In this document: positions 8,824 to 18,571 of the stretch, in pieces
Position numbering within the stretch: the first letter of the stretch is position 1
How the letters are laid out: the number at the start of each line of letters is the position of its first letter
Assembly (NCBI GenBank): GCA_963758495.1
Contig: CAVWVI010000004.1
Span: forward strand, 224,001 to 288,000
Direction of reading: 5' to 3'
Source: Oligoflexia bacterium
Lineage (GTDB): Bacteria; Bdellovibrionota; UBA1018
DNA length: 64,000 nt
Notes under the pieces: generated by a model
The model's database searches: none
Seen by the model: only the letters and a program-made list of their open reading frames with translations
Told to the model about the DNA's origin: nothing
Translations under genes and position numbers: made by a program

Positions 8824-8925
8824 AATAATTCAATATTTTTAACCCTTTGCGGCTCATTAATTAAATCGATCATTTTACCGATAGCTAAAATAGGTAAAAC
8901 TGTATTTCATATTTCGGGGGAACCT

Positions 8926-10902
8926 TTGCTACGGTTGAGTTTACTTTCTCTATTTCTATTCAGTAGCCTAGCCTATGCCCAACCAACAGATGATCCCACA
9001 TCAAATAACTCTCCTACACATTCAATCAATATTAACTCAATAGACAATAGTGATTTTGTTATTGATATTCATGACCCAACCTATTCTATAAGTAGCTCCT
9101 CGCGCACTGAAGCAGACAAATTGTCATGTGGTTTAAAAAATCAAAATAATATTTTTGATATCTTTAAAAAGAAACAAAAAATAATCGTTGATATATTGAA
9201 ACAAGCATGTGGCCTGCAAGAGAGCGATAGAAGCCAGACTTCTGAGGAAACTACTGACACCGACAACTCTCTCTTTTCCTGCACTCGTGCAGATCTGGAA
9301 GCTGAATATTCAGACCTTGATCGTATGGAAAAAGGGCTTCCAAAAGTAGCAACCCCTCCAGTCCAAACTTCGAGTGCTAGCAAAATTGACCAACCATCTA
9401 CCACAGAAAACGTATCTCAGTCTAACCTGCAAACAAAGATGGCTGAGGCATTGGCTGGAGTTGAGTCGACGATGAAGGATATCTGTGAAGTACAAAGCAG
9501 CGGTTACATGAGGTGTTATAACGTCGCTCATATAGGTTACCGTGCTTTTCGAAGCTACTGGCCAATGGCGGCAGCAAACCCCCCAGCAGGTTTTTCACTC
9601 ATGGGATTTAATTTTTTGTTCGATGTCTTTTTAAGGGACAAAATGCATAAAAAAGCTCTTGAAGTTGTTTTTCGTCAAAACGCAGGAAAAGCTTCTCAAA
9701 TTATCTACATTTTATCCAAGGTAGTGAACTGCTACTGGGACCCGACGGGAGAGTTGAGCGGCGCCATTGCTTTAAAAGCAACAAAGTTATTGTTGAGATT
9801 GCTGCCGATGGATCAAATCAAAGGAGGAAAGCACATCCAGGGCTTTTTTGAGTTTTTAGCTTATCTCGTAGGGAAAGAAGCAGGACATACAACACGCTAT
9901 GCGATGGAACTTGCGAAGAAAGGAGGTTTTTATTCAAATTGGCAACAAACATCAGGCCAAGATCCCAACAAAGCATGCAATGGCTTAGAGAGTAACTGCA
10001 AACTTCCATTAAGTAAAATTGTGATGTTGCGATCTCATAATGCATATGCAAATCTACAAGATCAGAGAACGCCTGTTCATCCGTTAGGCTTTATCTACCC
10101 GAATCAAATATATGGTGTTGAAAAGCAATTTAAAGACTTTGGAATTCGTTCCTTTCAATTTGAAATCACGTCAGAACCACATTGGGAAGATGCGAACAAA
10201 CCGATGGCCCATGGAGATCCTGTTACGTTGTCCCATAATTTAATGTTAAACTATGGGAGTCTGGTAGATACTCTTTCGATAATCAAAAAACTTCTTGATG
10301 AAAACCCAAGAGAAGTGGTCAATATTTTTTTTGGATTACAAGATAAAAACAACACAGAATTTAAAATCGATGAGGCAATGAAAAAAAGCGGTTTAAACAA
10401 ATATATGCCCGTGGATGAAGGTGACTTTTATCTACCTTTAGAAAGTCTTATTAATAAAGGAGTCCGGCTTCTTGTCACGCCCGATACAGGAATTCCACTT
10501 TCCAGTGAAATCCCGGGTAGTTCAAATGCCGCACTGAATACTGTACAATATCACGCTCAGTTTCAGCCAGTTGAGCACGAGGGGATGGGTAGTTATGAAA
10601 CCATTTATATTAATCCCCTGATGCCTATGAGCTGTGATGCTTCTGAGAGGATACGAATGAAAGGAACGGACATGATTAATCCTCAAAATCGTAATGGCAT
10701 GCTTCTCAATCACATGAGTATTTTCGCGATACCTGAAATAGCTGAAAAAGTGAATCAATCCATACTCAAACACTACTCCCGTTGCAAGAATGAAACAGGG
10801 ATCTCTGGCGCTTTTATCAATGTGGATCATGTCCAAACAGTGCCAGTAGAAACATTCGAAGAGATTCAAAAGATGAATGGATGGATTCCTCCGAAACGAT
10901 AG
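8926..10902 (+). CDS. Secreted protein with C-terminal PI-PLC-like (PLC-like phosphodiesterase) domain
   Basis: Signal peptide. ACNG...C...LS...SHNAYA...NQ...V..Q...GIRSFQ...LSH...LL.ENPREVV pattern from about 9973. Confidence 0.65.
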   Translation: MLRLSLLSLFLFSSLAYAQPTDDPTSNNSPTHSININSIDNSDFVIDIHDPTYSISSSSRTEADKLSCGLKNQNNIFDIFKKKQKIIVDILKQACGLQESDRSQTSEETTDTDNSLFSCTRADLEAEYSDLDRMEKGLPKVATPPVQTSSASKIDQPSTTENVSQSNLQTKMAEALAGVESTMKDICEVQSSGYMRCYNVAHIGYRAFRSYWPMAAANPPAGFSLMGFNFLFDVFLRDKMHKKALEVVFRQNAGKASQIIYILSKVVNCYWDPTGELSGAIALKATKLLLRLLPMDQIKGGKHIQGFFEFLAYLVGKEAGHTTRYAMELAKKGGFYSNWQQTSGQDPNKACNGLESNCKLPLSKIVMLRSHNAYANLQDQRTPVHPLGFIYPNQIYGVEKQFKDFGIRSFQFEITSEPHWEDANKPMAHGDPVTLSHNLMLNYGSLVDTLSIIKKLLDENPREVVNIFFGLQDKNNTEFKIDEAMKKSGLNKYMPVDEGDFYLPLESLINKGVRLLVTPDTGIPLSSEIPGSSNAALNTVQYHAQFQPVEHEGMGSYETIYINPLMPMSCDASERIRMKGTDMINPQNRNGMLLNHMSIFAIPEIAEKVNQSILKHYSRCKNETGISGAFINVDHVQTVPVETFEEIQKMNGWIPPKR

Positions 10903-10961
10903 GCGTGAGTTTTAAAGTAAAATAATTCAATCTTTTAATGAAGAATACCGATTAAACAAAA

Positions 10962-11777
10962 GTGAAAACCAAGCACCCCATTACACTGAGTTATTTTATA
11001 GTATTATCCATCGTAGGAATAACCACTCTTTTCCTACCTCAAGTCAGCTATAGTCGAGACCTTGAAACAAATTGTACTTTTACTCGAGAATATATCACCA
11101 CTCTCGAATATCTACGCAAGCAAAGTATCTTGGCTATTCCAGAACCTGATGCTAGGAAAATCTCACTTCAAGTATCTCGAGGCTGTACGGGTGCCGCCCA
11201 AAGATTTATTAAAATTACAACGGCACTTCGAGGTGCGAATGTCGGAGCCATGGATTCAATTCGAACTGGAATTGAATTCGCTTCAAGAACCGATATAGAA
11301 ACCGAGACTTTTAATACTGTATTTCTTGTGGCTTATCTTGAAGAGTACTTAGATCTTGATCTCCGCTCCTCTTTAAAATTGGCGCGATCGCTTTCTACTG
11401 AGTTTCAGGGAGATATTTTAGGAGTCAGAGACGATTTTGAGACTTTGGTTCAATTTTGTGTGGGTACAAAAGAACTCAATTTACCTCGCGCTCAATGTGG
11501 CACGTTTGCAGCCCGAATTGCTCATTACGGGGAGAAATTTAGCGGAGGTGTCGCACCTTCTTTTATCGAGCTTTTTTCATTTTTATACTCTGAATCAGGA
11601 CCTCGACTCACCACCGGTCAAGCTCTAAAACTGGCAGAAACCTTGATTCATGGAGGTAAGGACTCCGCTGAAAATTTTATCCAAGCTTACAAATTCGGGG
11701 TTGCACCCTTGGGATTAGGAGACGACATCCCCACAGCTATCCACTTTGCCGAACAGATGGCATTTCCTTCGCGTTAA
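10962..11777 (+). CDS. Hypothetical exported helical protein
   Basis: 271-aa ORF with signal/TM N-terminus and several Cys. No family recognised. Confidence 0.65.
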   Translation: MKTKHPITLSYFIVLSIVGITTLFLPQVSYSRDLETNCTFTREYITTLEYLRKQSILAIPEPDARKISLQVSRGCTGAAQRFIKITTALRGANVGAMDSIRTGIEFASRTDIETETFNTVFLVAYLEEYLDLDLRSSLKLARSLSTEFQGDILGVRDDFETLVQFCVGTKELNLPRAQCGTFAARIAHYGEKFSGGVAPSFIELFSFLYSESGPRLTTGQALKLAETLIHGGKDSAENFIQAYKFGVAPLGLGDDIPTAIHFAEQMAFPSR

Positions 11778-11797
11778 AACTTCCCTTAAAAACCCCC

Positions 11798-12673
11798 TTA
11801 AAATCTCAATGAAAGTGCCATTCCAGGAACTTCTTTTCCAGTCATAGGATCGTGGAAAAAAGTAACATTAGCAACAGGTGCAAAGATCCGCTTTTTATAA
11901 TCCATTTGTGACTCTGCAACATCATGCCAATGAAATCGAAAAATGAGCGGGAACAACGAAATCGCAGCTGAAGCAATTCCAAAACCTTGAGCTGTCGTAT
12001 TTGCACTCGAAGTCGTACTCGAGTTGGGGCAATTGACACAAGAATTACTATTACTGCCACTTTTCGCAATCATGTAGATGGATGTACCTAAGTTAGTCAC
12101 GACTGAAAGCCACTTCAATCGCTCACCCATCGCTGCAATACTTTTAATATCTTCTTCTGCTTCCCGTTCACGAGCCAGTTGTTCTCGAATCGTGCCTTTG
12201 GGCATCGGGCCTACATCATAACGATAGGCTGATCGGTAGGGCTCATAGGTAACAGATAAGACGCCTGTTAGAACCAGCCAACCCGCTCCTATTCCAATTC
12301 CTAAATGTCCAGCCGACGGATCTGAAGGATCAAATGCCGCCACGCCTGCCGCTAAAGTAGCTAATCCTGATAATTGAATCGGCAAAAAGTTTGTCCACTC
12401 TCTGTCTGCCTCTCTTTGTGCTTCCGATTGCAATCGGGCACTCGCGCGTGGAACTACCGAGAGTTCTGGGTAATCATACGAGTCATTATGCTCATTTGCA
12501 TGCTCATTTGAATGCTCTTCTGAATGCTGTACTAATTGCTGATCACTTTGCTGGTTTGAACCAGAAGCATAAACCTGACTCCATCCACTGATTCCTAAAG
12601 ATAGAATCAATCCCGTAATGGAAAGACAGACCTTTCTTATTATTTTCAGCACCACTGAGTTCCCCCTTGCCAA
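11798..12673 (-). CDS. Hypothetical membrane protein
   Basis: Signal peptide, several hydrophobic segments, C-terminal ...LSLRF. Confidence 0.65.
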   Translation of the reverse strand: MARGNSVVLKIIRKVCLSITGLILSLGISGWSQVYASGSNQQSDQQLVQHSEEHSNEHANEHNDSYDYPELSVVPRASARLQSEAQREADREWTNFLPIQLSGLATLAAGVAAFDPSDPSAGHLGIGIGAGWLVLTGVLSVTYEPYRSAYRYDVGPMPKGTIREQLAREREAEEDIKSIAAMGERLKWLSVVTNLGTSIYMIAKSGSNSNSCVNCPNSSTTSSANTTAQGFGIASAAISLFPLIFRFHWHDVAESQMDYKKRIFAPVANVTFFHDPMTGKEVPGMALSLRF

Positions 12674-12706
12674 ATTTTACTAAGCCTCGTTTAATAAAAT
12701 CTAATC

Positions 12707-13765
12707 ATGACAACCCAGTTTATAAATTGCACGGAAAAAACAGACCAAAAAGATTTCAAAAAGCGAATCCGAATTGCGGCAATCGCATTCACCTTATTGA
12801 TCATTCCCACTGTCATACCCTCTGCCTGGGGAGGTAGCCAAGTCGGAACGTTGACTGAGGTTCAAGGGACCGTCAAAATTTTTTCACATCCTTCCAACAC
12901 GCTTCAACCCAAACAAGGCATCCCTCATGCTCTTTTTGAAGGAGAATATTTTCTAGTCGCCGATGCTCAAGTCGGATCTTTAGTTGAAAAGGGCAATATA
13001 GTAAGAACGGCACCTGGAGCCAAAGCTCACGTCATCTATCCCAATGGGGATCAAATTCACATTGGCTCTGGAACCGCTTATCGAATCCATTGGAACGAGG
13101 ATTCGGATCAAGCCAAAACTCAAGTCAATCTCATGTATGGAAAACTGAGAGGAATTATCGAAAAAGGAGGTCCCCGCAGTCACCTTCAAATTCGAACGAA
13201 AACCGCAGTTATGGGAGTACGCGGAACTGATTTTTTTATTGCCGGAGGGGGATCCGACGGAAGTACTGAAATTTCCGTAATTCGAGGATCGGTTGAAGTC
13301 ACTCCCAATACACTTCAAAAAAAGCCAAAACCTGTTGAGATCGCAACGGGCTATTCCGCAGATATCCATATAGATCGCGCATTTTCAACAAAGCCCACAT
13401 CAAAAGTCGACTTAAGAAAGACCACCCAAGAAGATTTAATGGGCATTCAAAAATCCTCCAAAGTTGAGCCGCCCAAAGTCCCGGTAAAGTTAGATATTGA
13501 AACCCAAAAAACTGTAGAAATATTACAAAAAAAGGCATCCGAGACTACTCTAAAAGATATTCAAAAGAGTGATAAAGAGCTTTATTCTGCTTTAGAAAAA
13601 CAGGGGAATCAACTTCTAAATCTAGACCAAGTGAATCAAGCATCTCTCCAAAACCTACTTAAGGTTGCTCCAAAAGCTCCTCCAAAACGTAAACCTTACA
13701 AAAGTGAACTAGAAGATATTGACGATGGGGCTTACGAAAGGTACTTCAAAAATTTCGGTAATTGA
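12707..13765 (+). CDS. FecR-domain exported protein
   Basis: V.T.PGAKA, L.YGKLR and I.T.TAVMGVRGTDF...V.RGSVEV FecR signature. Confidence 0.8.
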   Translation: MTTQFINCTEKTDQKDFKKRIRIAAIAFTLLIIPTVIPSAWGGSQVGTLTEVQGTVKIFSHPSNTLQPKQGIPHALFEGEYFLVADAQVGSLVEKGNIVRTAPGAKAHVIYPNGDQIHIGSGTAYRIHWNEDSDQAKTQVNLMYGKLRGIIEKGGPRSHLQIRTKTAVMGVRGTDFFIAGGGSDGSTEISVIRGSVEVTPNTLQKKPKPVEIATGYSADIHIDRAFSTKPTSKVDLRKTTQEDLMGIQKSSKVEPPKVPVKLDIETQKTVEILQKKASETTLKDIQKSDKELYSALEKQGNQLLNLDQVNQASLQNLLKVAPKAPPKRKPYKSELEDIDDGAYERYFKNFGN

Positions 13766-14708
13766 AAATTGGATTGAAGATTTTTTACAGTTTCAAAGAA
13801 TTGACCGAGGTGCGTCGGATCATACTATTGAAGCTTATCAAACAGACCTGCATCAATTCACCCAATGGGTTCAAAAAAATCACCCCCAAGCATCTCCGCA
13901 AGTATGGATTGAGGCACAATGGGTACAGTCCTTTTTAAATCATCTTCATACTCTAAATCAGAAATCTTCTTCATTGGCTCGAAAATCGAGCTGTCTGAAA
14001 CAGTTTTTCAAATTTTGCTGCCTTGAAAAGGGGTTAGAAAAAAATCCTACTGAGAATTTACACCATCCTATTCAGCCCAAACGCCTGCCCCGGTTTCTCT
14101 CCCTCGACCAAGTCAATCAATTATTGGACGCCGTGAACTTGGGACTTCCTTACGCTTCTATCCACAATGGCCAGAACGGCCAAAAAAGCCAAAAAGGCGA
14201 TTGCCTCAGAGCAAGAGATAAGGCGATGACTTATTTACTTTACGCAACCGGACTCAGAATTTCTGAACTTCTGTCGCTCACGGCTCATCAAATTGATCTT
14301 TCAATGAGCTATCTCAAAATCAAAGGAAAAGGGGACAAGGAAAGAATAACACCCTTTGCTCCTATTGCTGGGGAAGCAGTGAGAGTCTACATGGAAGACT
14401 ACAGACCTCTACTTAAACCGGTGTCTGATCTTATTTTCCTTAATCATCATGGTTTAGGACTGTCACGGCAAGCATTCTGGAAAACTCTCAAGTCCCTAGC
14501 TCTTCTTGCTGAAATTCCAGATACCCTCTCCCCTCATGTCCTTCGTCATTCATTTGCAACTCATTTACTTCAATCTGGAATGAACTTACGCTCATTACAA
14601 ATGCTTTTAGGGCACTCTGATCTTTCCACAACCCAGATTTACACCCATATTACGCCGGAGGCTCTGAAGATGGCTCACAAAAGGTATCATCCACGGGGAG
14701 AGGACTGA
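13725..14708 (+). CDS. xerD: Site-specific tyrosine recombinase XerD
   Basis: LLYATGLRISEL, GKGDKER, SPHVLRHSFATHLL, LGHSDLSTTQIYTH and C-terminal HPRG, in conserved context. Start uncertain. Confidence 0.88.
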   Translation: MGLTKGTSKISVIENWIEDFLQFQRIDRGASDHTIEAYQTDLHQFTQWVQKNHPQASPQVWIEAQWVQSFLNHLHTLNQKSSSLARKSSCLKQFFKFCCLEKGLEKNPTENLHHPIQPKRLPRFLSLDQVNQLLDAVNLGLPYASIHNGQNGQKSQKGDCLRARDKAMTYLLYATGLRISELLSLTAHQIDLSMSYLKIKGKGDKERITPFAPIAGEAVRVYMEDYRPLLKPVSDLIFLNHHGLGLSRQAFWKTLKSLALLAEIPDTLSPHVLRHSFATHLLQSGMNLRSLQMLLGHSDLSTTQIYTHITPEALKMAHKRYHPRGED

Positions 14709-14797
14709 GGGTAGATAGGGATAGGGGCGCAATATCCGCATTCTCAAATAGAATTGTGCTCATAACTGTCCCCAAAACCATGCTATGACCTGTGGTC

Positions 14798-15493
14798 ATG
14801 GGATCATACGCCGAACGTATTCAAATGGTATCTATTCAGCTTGTGCCTTTTATCTTAGCAGTCGTCTTTCATGAGTTTGCTCATGGCTTTATTGCCTATC
14901 GATGGGGAGACCACACCGCTAAAGACCAAGGACGACTGACGTTAAACCCCATCCCCCATCTCGATCCGATAGGAACCGTATTGTTCCCCTTAATTAATAT
15001 GGTGAGCGGAGTGCACTTTCTTTTCGGGTGGGCTAAACCGGTTCCTATTAATCCAAACCGGTTTAAAAAATATAGACATGGACTCTTTTGGGTATCTATT
15101 GCCGGCCCCCTCATGAACTTCATTCTAGCATTGATCTCAACTGTGCTTGTATTCGCTATTTTGACCTGGGTACCTAACACCTTTTACCTCTATGAGCCTC
15201 TCATCAAAATGGCTACGATTTCAGTCTCTCTGAATTACACATTGGGTATTTTTAATTTAATCCCACTTCCTCCCCTAGACGGAAGTAAAATCATTCAAGC
15301 ATTTATGCCCTTTGAAATGGCCAGAAAATACGAATCGATCGCTCGATATAGTTTTTTAATTTTAATTGGGCTTTTTATCATGCCTTCGGTGATTCAAACA
15401 CGCGCTATGGCGATTTTAAGTTTTCCAATTCATTTTTTTACAGAGTCAACGATTCTAGTGGTAGGTCATTTATTTGGAGTAGAAGGTTTTTAG
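14798..15493 (+). CDS. Site-2 protease family (M50) metalloprotease
   Basis: HEFAH, GRLTLNP, GWAKPVP, AGPLMN and NLIPLPPLDG. Confidence 0.93.
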   Translation: MGSYAERIQMVSIQLVPFILAVVFHEFAHGFIAYRWGDHTAKDQGRLTLNPIPHLDPIGTVLFPLINMVSGVHFLFGWAKPVPINPNRFKKYRHGLFWVSIAGPLMNFILALISTVLVFAILTWVPNTFYLYEPLIKMATISVSLNYTLGIFNLIPLPPLDGSKIIQAFMPFEMARKYESIARYSFLILIGLFIMPSVIQTRAMAILSFPIHFFTESTILVVGHLFGVEGF

Positions 15494-15494
15494 T

Positions 15495-16505
15495 ATGAGC
15501 ACGGAAATACAAAAAAAAGTAATGCTTTCAGCCATCCAACCGTCAAATCAACTGACCCTTGGAAATTATCTGGGAGCCGTAAAAAATTGGGTAAAACTTC
15601 AAGAACAGTATGACTGTATCTTTTTTGCGGTGGATCTTCATACAATCACGGTTCGGCAAAGCCCACAGGAGTTACGTGAGCAAACCTATCGTGTTCTAGC
15701 AACTTATATCGCTGCTGGGATTGACCCGGAAAGAGCTACACTCTTTGTCCAATCCCACGTTTCGGAACATGCCGAATTGGCTTGGATTCTCAATTGCTAT
15801 ACATACATGGGTGAACTCAGTAGGATGACTCAGTTTAAAGACAAAAGCACGAAAGAGAAAAACGTGTCTGTGGGCCTTTTCTCTTACCCTACGCTTATGG
15901 CAGCAGATATTTTACTCTATGGTACCCATCTCGTTCCGGTCGGAGAAGACCAAAAACAGCATGTCGAGATCGCGCGTGATATCGCAATACGAATGAATCA
16001 TATTTATGGAGAAGATTTATTTAGAATCCCTGAACATTACATTCCTGCTGTAGGGGCAAGAATTATGAGTTTACAGAACCCAACTGCTAAAATGTCCAAG
16101 TCGGATCCTGACCCAGGAAGCGCAGTCTATTTGAACGATAGCGATGATCAGATTCTAAAGAAAATTAAGCGGGCCGTAACAGATTCTGGCACTGAAATTA
16201 CTTATGAGACCGATAAGCCAGGGATTAAAAATCTCATTGATATCCAAGCTGCGATTTTAAATAAGACACCCGGCGAGATTGTAGCCGCTTATGCAGGTAA
16301 ACAATACGGCCACCTTAAAGTAGATACAGCTGAAATAGTCGCAAAGACTATTGGCGTCATTCGAGATCGAACTGAAGAACTTGTTGCTGACAAGGCTTAT
16401 TTAGATTCCGTTCTAAGAATAGGGGCAGAGAGAGCACGAAAAATCGCTCAAAAAACTTTACGGACAGTCTACGATAAGATTGGCTTTGTTCAAGGTCGCT
16501 ATTAA
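15495..16505 (+). CDS. trpS: Tryptophan--tRNA ligase
   Basis: TLGNYLGA (HIGH-like), YP.LMAADILLY, VPVGEDQ.QH and KMSKS. Confidence 0.97.
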   Translation: MSTEIQKKVMLSAIQPSNQLTLGNYLGAVKNWVKLQEQYDCIFFAVDLHTITVRQSPQELREQTYRVLATYIAAGIDPERATLFVQSHVSEHAELAWILNCYTYMGELSRMTQFKDKSTKEKNVSVGLFSYPTLMAADILLYGTHLVPVGEDQKQHVEIARDIAIRMNHIYGEDLFRIPEHYIPAVGARIMSLQNPTAKMSKSDPDPGSAVYLNDSDDQILKKIKRAVTDSGTEITYETDKPGIKNLIDIQAAILNKTPGEIVAAYAGKQYGHLKVDTAEIVAKTIGVIRDRTEELVADKAYLDSVLRIGAERARKIAQKTLRTVYDKIGFVQGRY

Positions 16506-16567
16506 GCTATTGAATTAAGTACTCAACTCAGTGCTCAAGTAGGATTCAACCCTGAAAGGATTGAAAT

Positions 16568-17389
16568 TTGTCTAATCGAGTTCCTATTACTGTTCGCTTA
16601 GAAAGCTTTGAAGGGCCTTTGGATCTACTGCTTTTTTTGATTCAAAGCCACGAACTGGATATCTCAAAGGTATCGATTGGGAAGATTACGGATCAATACC
16701 TCACCTATGTTCGCTTGATGCAGGAGCTTAATTTTGACGCAGCAAGTGAATTTCTCGTCATGGCTGCCACTCTCCTTCACTGGAAAAGTCGATCCCTCAT
16801 CCCTCAGGACGAAAAAATAGGTGCGCCAGGAGATCTCGAGGGGGCTGGCCTTTTTTCTCAAGAAGATCTGGTGAGACAACTTTTAGAGCATCAACGATTT
16901 CTTGAAGCAGGGAAGAATCTATCTCAACGCCCCCTCCTCGGCGAAGATGTTTTCACCCGAGCTGCGAGCAAACCACCGATTGAGCGAATTTGGCGTGAAA
17001 TGAATGTCACAGATCTTACAATGGCTTACCAAGAAATGCTCATTCGCGCCCGCAAAAGAACCCATGTTTTACAAAAGGAAACTGTCTCCATTAATGATAA
17101 GATTATGGAACTTGCGGATCGACTTCCCCTGGGAAAATTGGTTGAACTGAGAACGCTTCTCTCGATCACTCCTTCACGCCCTGAGATCGTGGCCACTTTT
17201 TTATCGACTCTCGAGTTATCCAGACTTAAAAAAATGAAAGTATACCAAGAGGAAGTGTATGCTTCCATTTACTTAGAGCTTCTTGAAAGCCTACAGGATT
17301 TTGACTCTAATCTTGCATCAGGGTTTAATTATATTAACCTGCCTCATCAAGGCTCAGCAGAACCAGGAGTTTATGCACAACAAGGATAA
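16568..17389 (+). CDS. scpA: Segregation and condensation protein A
   Basis: FEGPLDLLL.LI, FLVMAATLL..KSR and TFL..LEL. Confidence 0.93.
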   Translation: MSNRVPITVRLESFEGPLDLLLFLIQSHELDISKVSIGKITDQYLTYVRLMQELNFDAASEFLVMAATLLHWKSRSLIPQDEKIGAPGDLEGAGLFSQEDLVRQLLEHQRFLEAGKNLSQRPLLGEDVFTRAASKPPIERIWREMNVTDLTMAYQEMLIRARKRTHVLQKETVSINDKIMELADRLPLGKLVELRTLLSITPSRPEIVATFLSTLELSRLKKMKVYQEEVYASIYLELLESLQDFDSNLASGFNYINLPHQGSAEPGVYAQQG

Positions 17390-18518
17390 AAAATCAGACG
17401 ATCTGATTACATTAATCGAAGACCCCTATGGCTTAAATACTGCCGAAATTTCTGAAATTCAGAATAGTACGGAAGAACTCATCTTAGACCAAGACATGGA
17501 AGATTCCGAGCAGCCCTCTGAATCACTCGATGATCAATTCAATAAACTGGCTCAAGCTATCAGTTCTTTAGAAGAGCCGCCTGTTGAATCCGAAAGCAAC
17601 CCTGAAGCTGAACTTGCTGCACAGATTCAAGAAGATCAAGCCTTAGCTCAAGAAATTCTGCAAGAAGAGCGACAAGAAGAGCAGGAAGAATCCCTGGAGG
17701 CGAATGTTACCCCTATCGAACCTCTCACTCTCACCGAGATTCAATCCTGCGCGGAAGCTCTCCTTTTTATTTCAGATAAACCGGTCTCAGTAGAGAAATT
17801 GCGTGAACATTTGGAGCCCAGCACAGCCCTTGCTTTCTTCCAAGAAGCCATGTCACTCCTTCGAGAACGCTACCAATCACCACACCACGGTATCGAGCTT
17901 GTTGAAGTAGCAGGAGGTTATCAATTTCGAACTAAACCCGAGCGTGCCTCTCTTGCCAAAAAATTAGTCAAGATTCAAACCCAGAGACTCTCGAGTGGAG
18001 CCATGGAAACTCTCGCTATTATTGCCTACAAGCAACCCGTGATGAAAGAAGAAATTGATAAAATTCGAGGTGTAGATTCCTCCTATTTTGTTCGCGGCTT
18101 ATTAGATAAAAAACTGATCGAAATTTCAGGACGCTCAGAACTTCCTGGACGTCCCATACTCTATTCGACCACCCGAGAGTTCTTAGAAATATTTGGCCTT
18201 AAGGACCTCTCCTCTCTCCCCTCATTACGCGAATTAGAGCAAATGATTCCCGGCTCACAAACTCAAAACCCAGAAGATGAAGATCCACGGGTTCGGGAAA
18301 TGCGCCGACTCGTGGGAGAAATGAAAGCCGATAGAACATCGGCACTCCATTACAACCCAAAGGAAGATGACAAAATTCTCAAGGAAATTAAGGAAAAGAT
18401 TACGGCTATCCCTACCTCCACTCCTTATTTAGAGGATATGAAAGCAGCCGAAATCCTAGCTCAAAAAGCTGCAGAAAACCCAGAACAACCTGAGGAGCCT
18501 ACGAACTCTTCCACATAA
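17373..18518 (+). CDS. scpB: SMC-Scp complex subunit ScpB with acidic N-terminal extension
   Basis: EALLF, VAGGYQFRT, ETLAIIAYKQP, IRGVDS, GRPILY and FL..FGL..L..LP. ATG at 17373 after AGGAG. Confidence 0.93.
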   Translation: MHNKDKKSDDLITLIEDPYGLNTAEISEIQNSTEELILDQDMEDSEQPSESLDDQFNKLAQAISSLEEPPVESESNPEAELAAQIQEDQALAQEILQEERQEEQEESLEANVTPIEPLTLTEIQSCAEALLFISDKPVSVEKLREHLEPSTALAFFQEAMSLLRERYQSPHHGIELVEVAGGYQFRTKPERASLAKKLVKIQTQRLSSGAMETLAIIAYKQPVMKEEIDKIRGVDSSYFVRGLLDKKLIEISGRSELPGRPILYSTTREFLEIFGLKDLSSLPSLRELEQMIPGSQTQNPEDEDPRVREMRRLVGEMKADRTSALHYNPKEDDKILKEIKEKITAIPTSTPYLEDMKAAEILAQKAAENPEQPEEPTNSST

Positions 18519-18571
18519 ACAGTTCCTTATAAACTGTGTTATTTTACGAAAGCCGTGATAAAGGTGATCGT

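Noticed and set aside
12485..12530. EHxx tetrapeptide repeats (EHSEEHSNEHANEHND) in a membrane protein
   Set aside because: Short low-complexity linker with no evidence of a functional array.
13725..14708. Tyrosine recombinase as an island or prophage integrase
   Set aside because: Size, HPRG tail and position in the conserved xerD-M50-trpS-scpAB-rluB block indicate housekeeping XerD.
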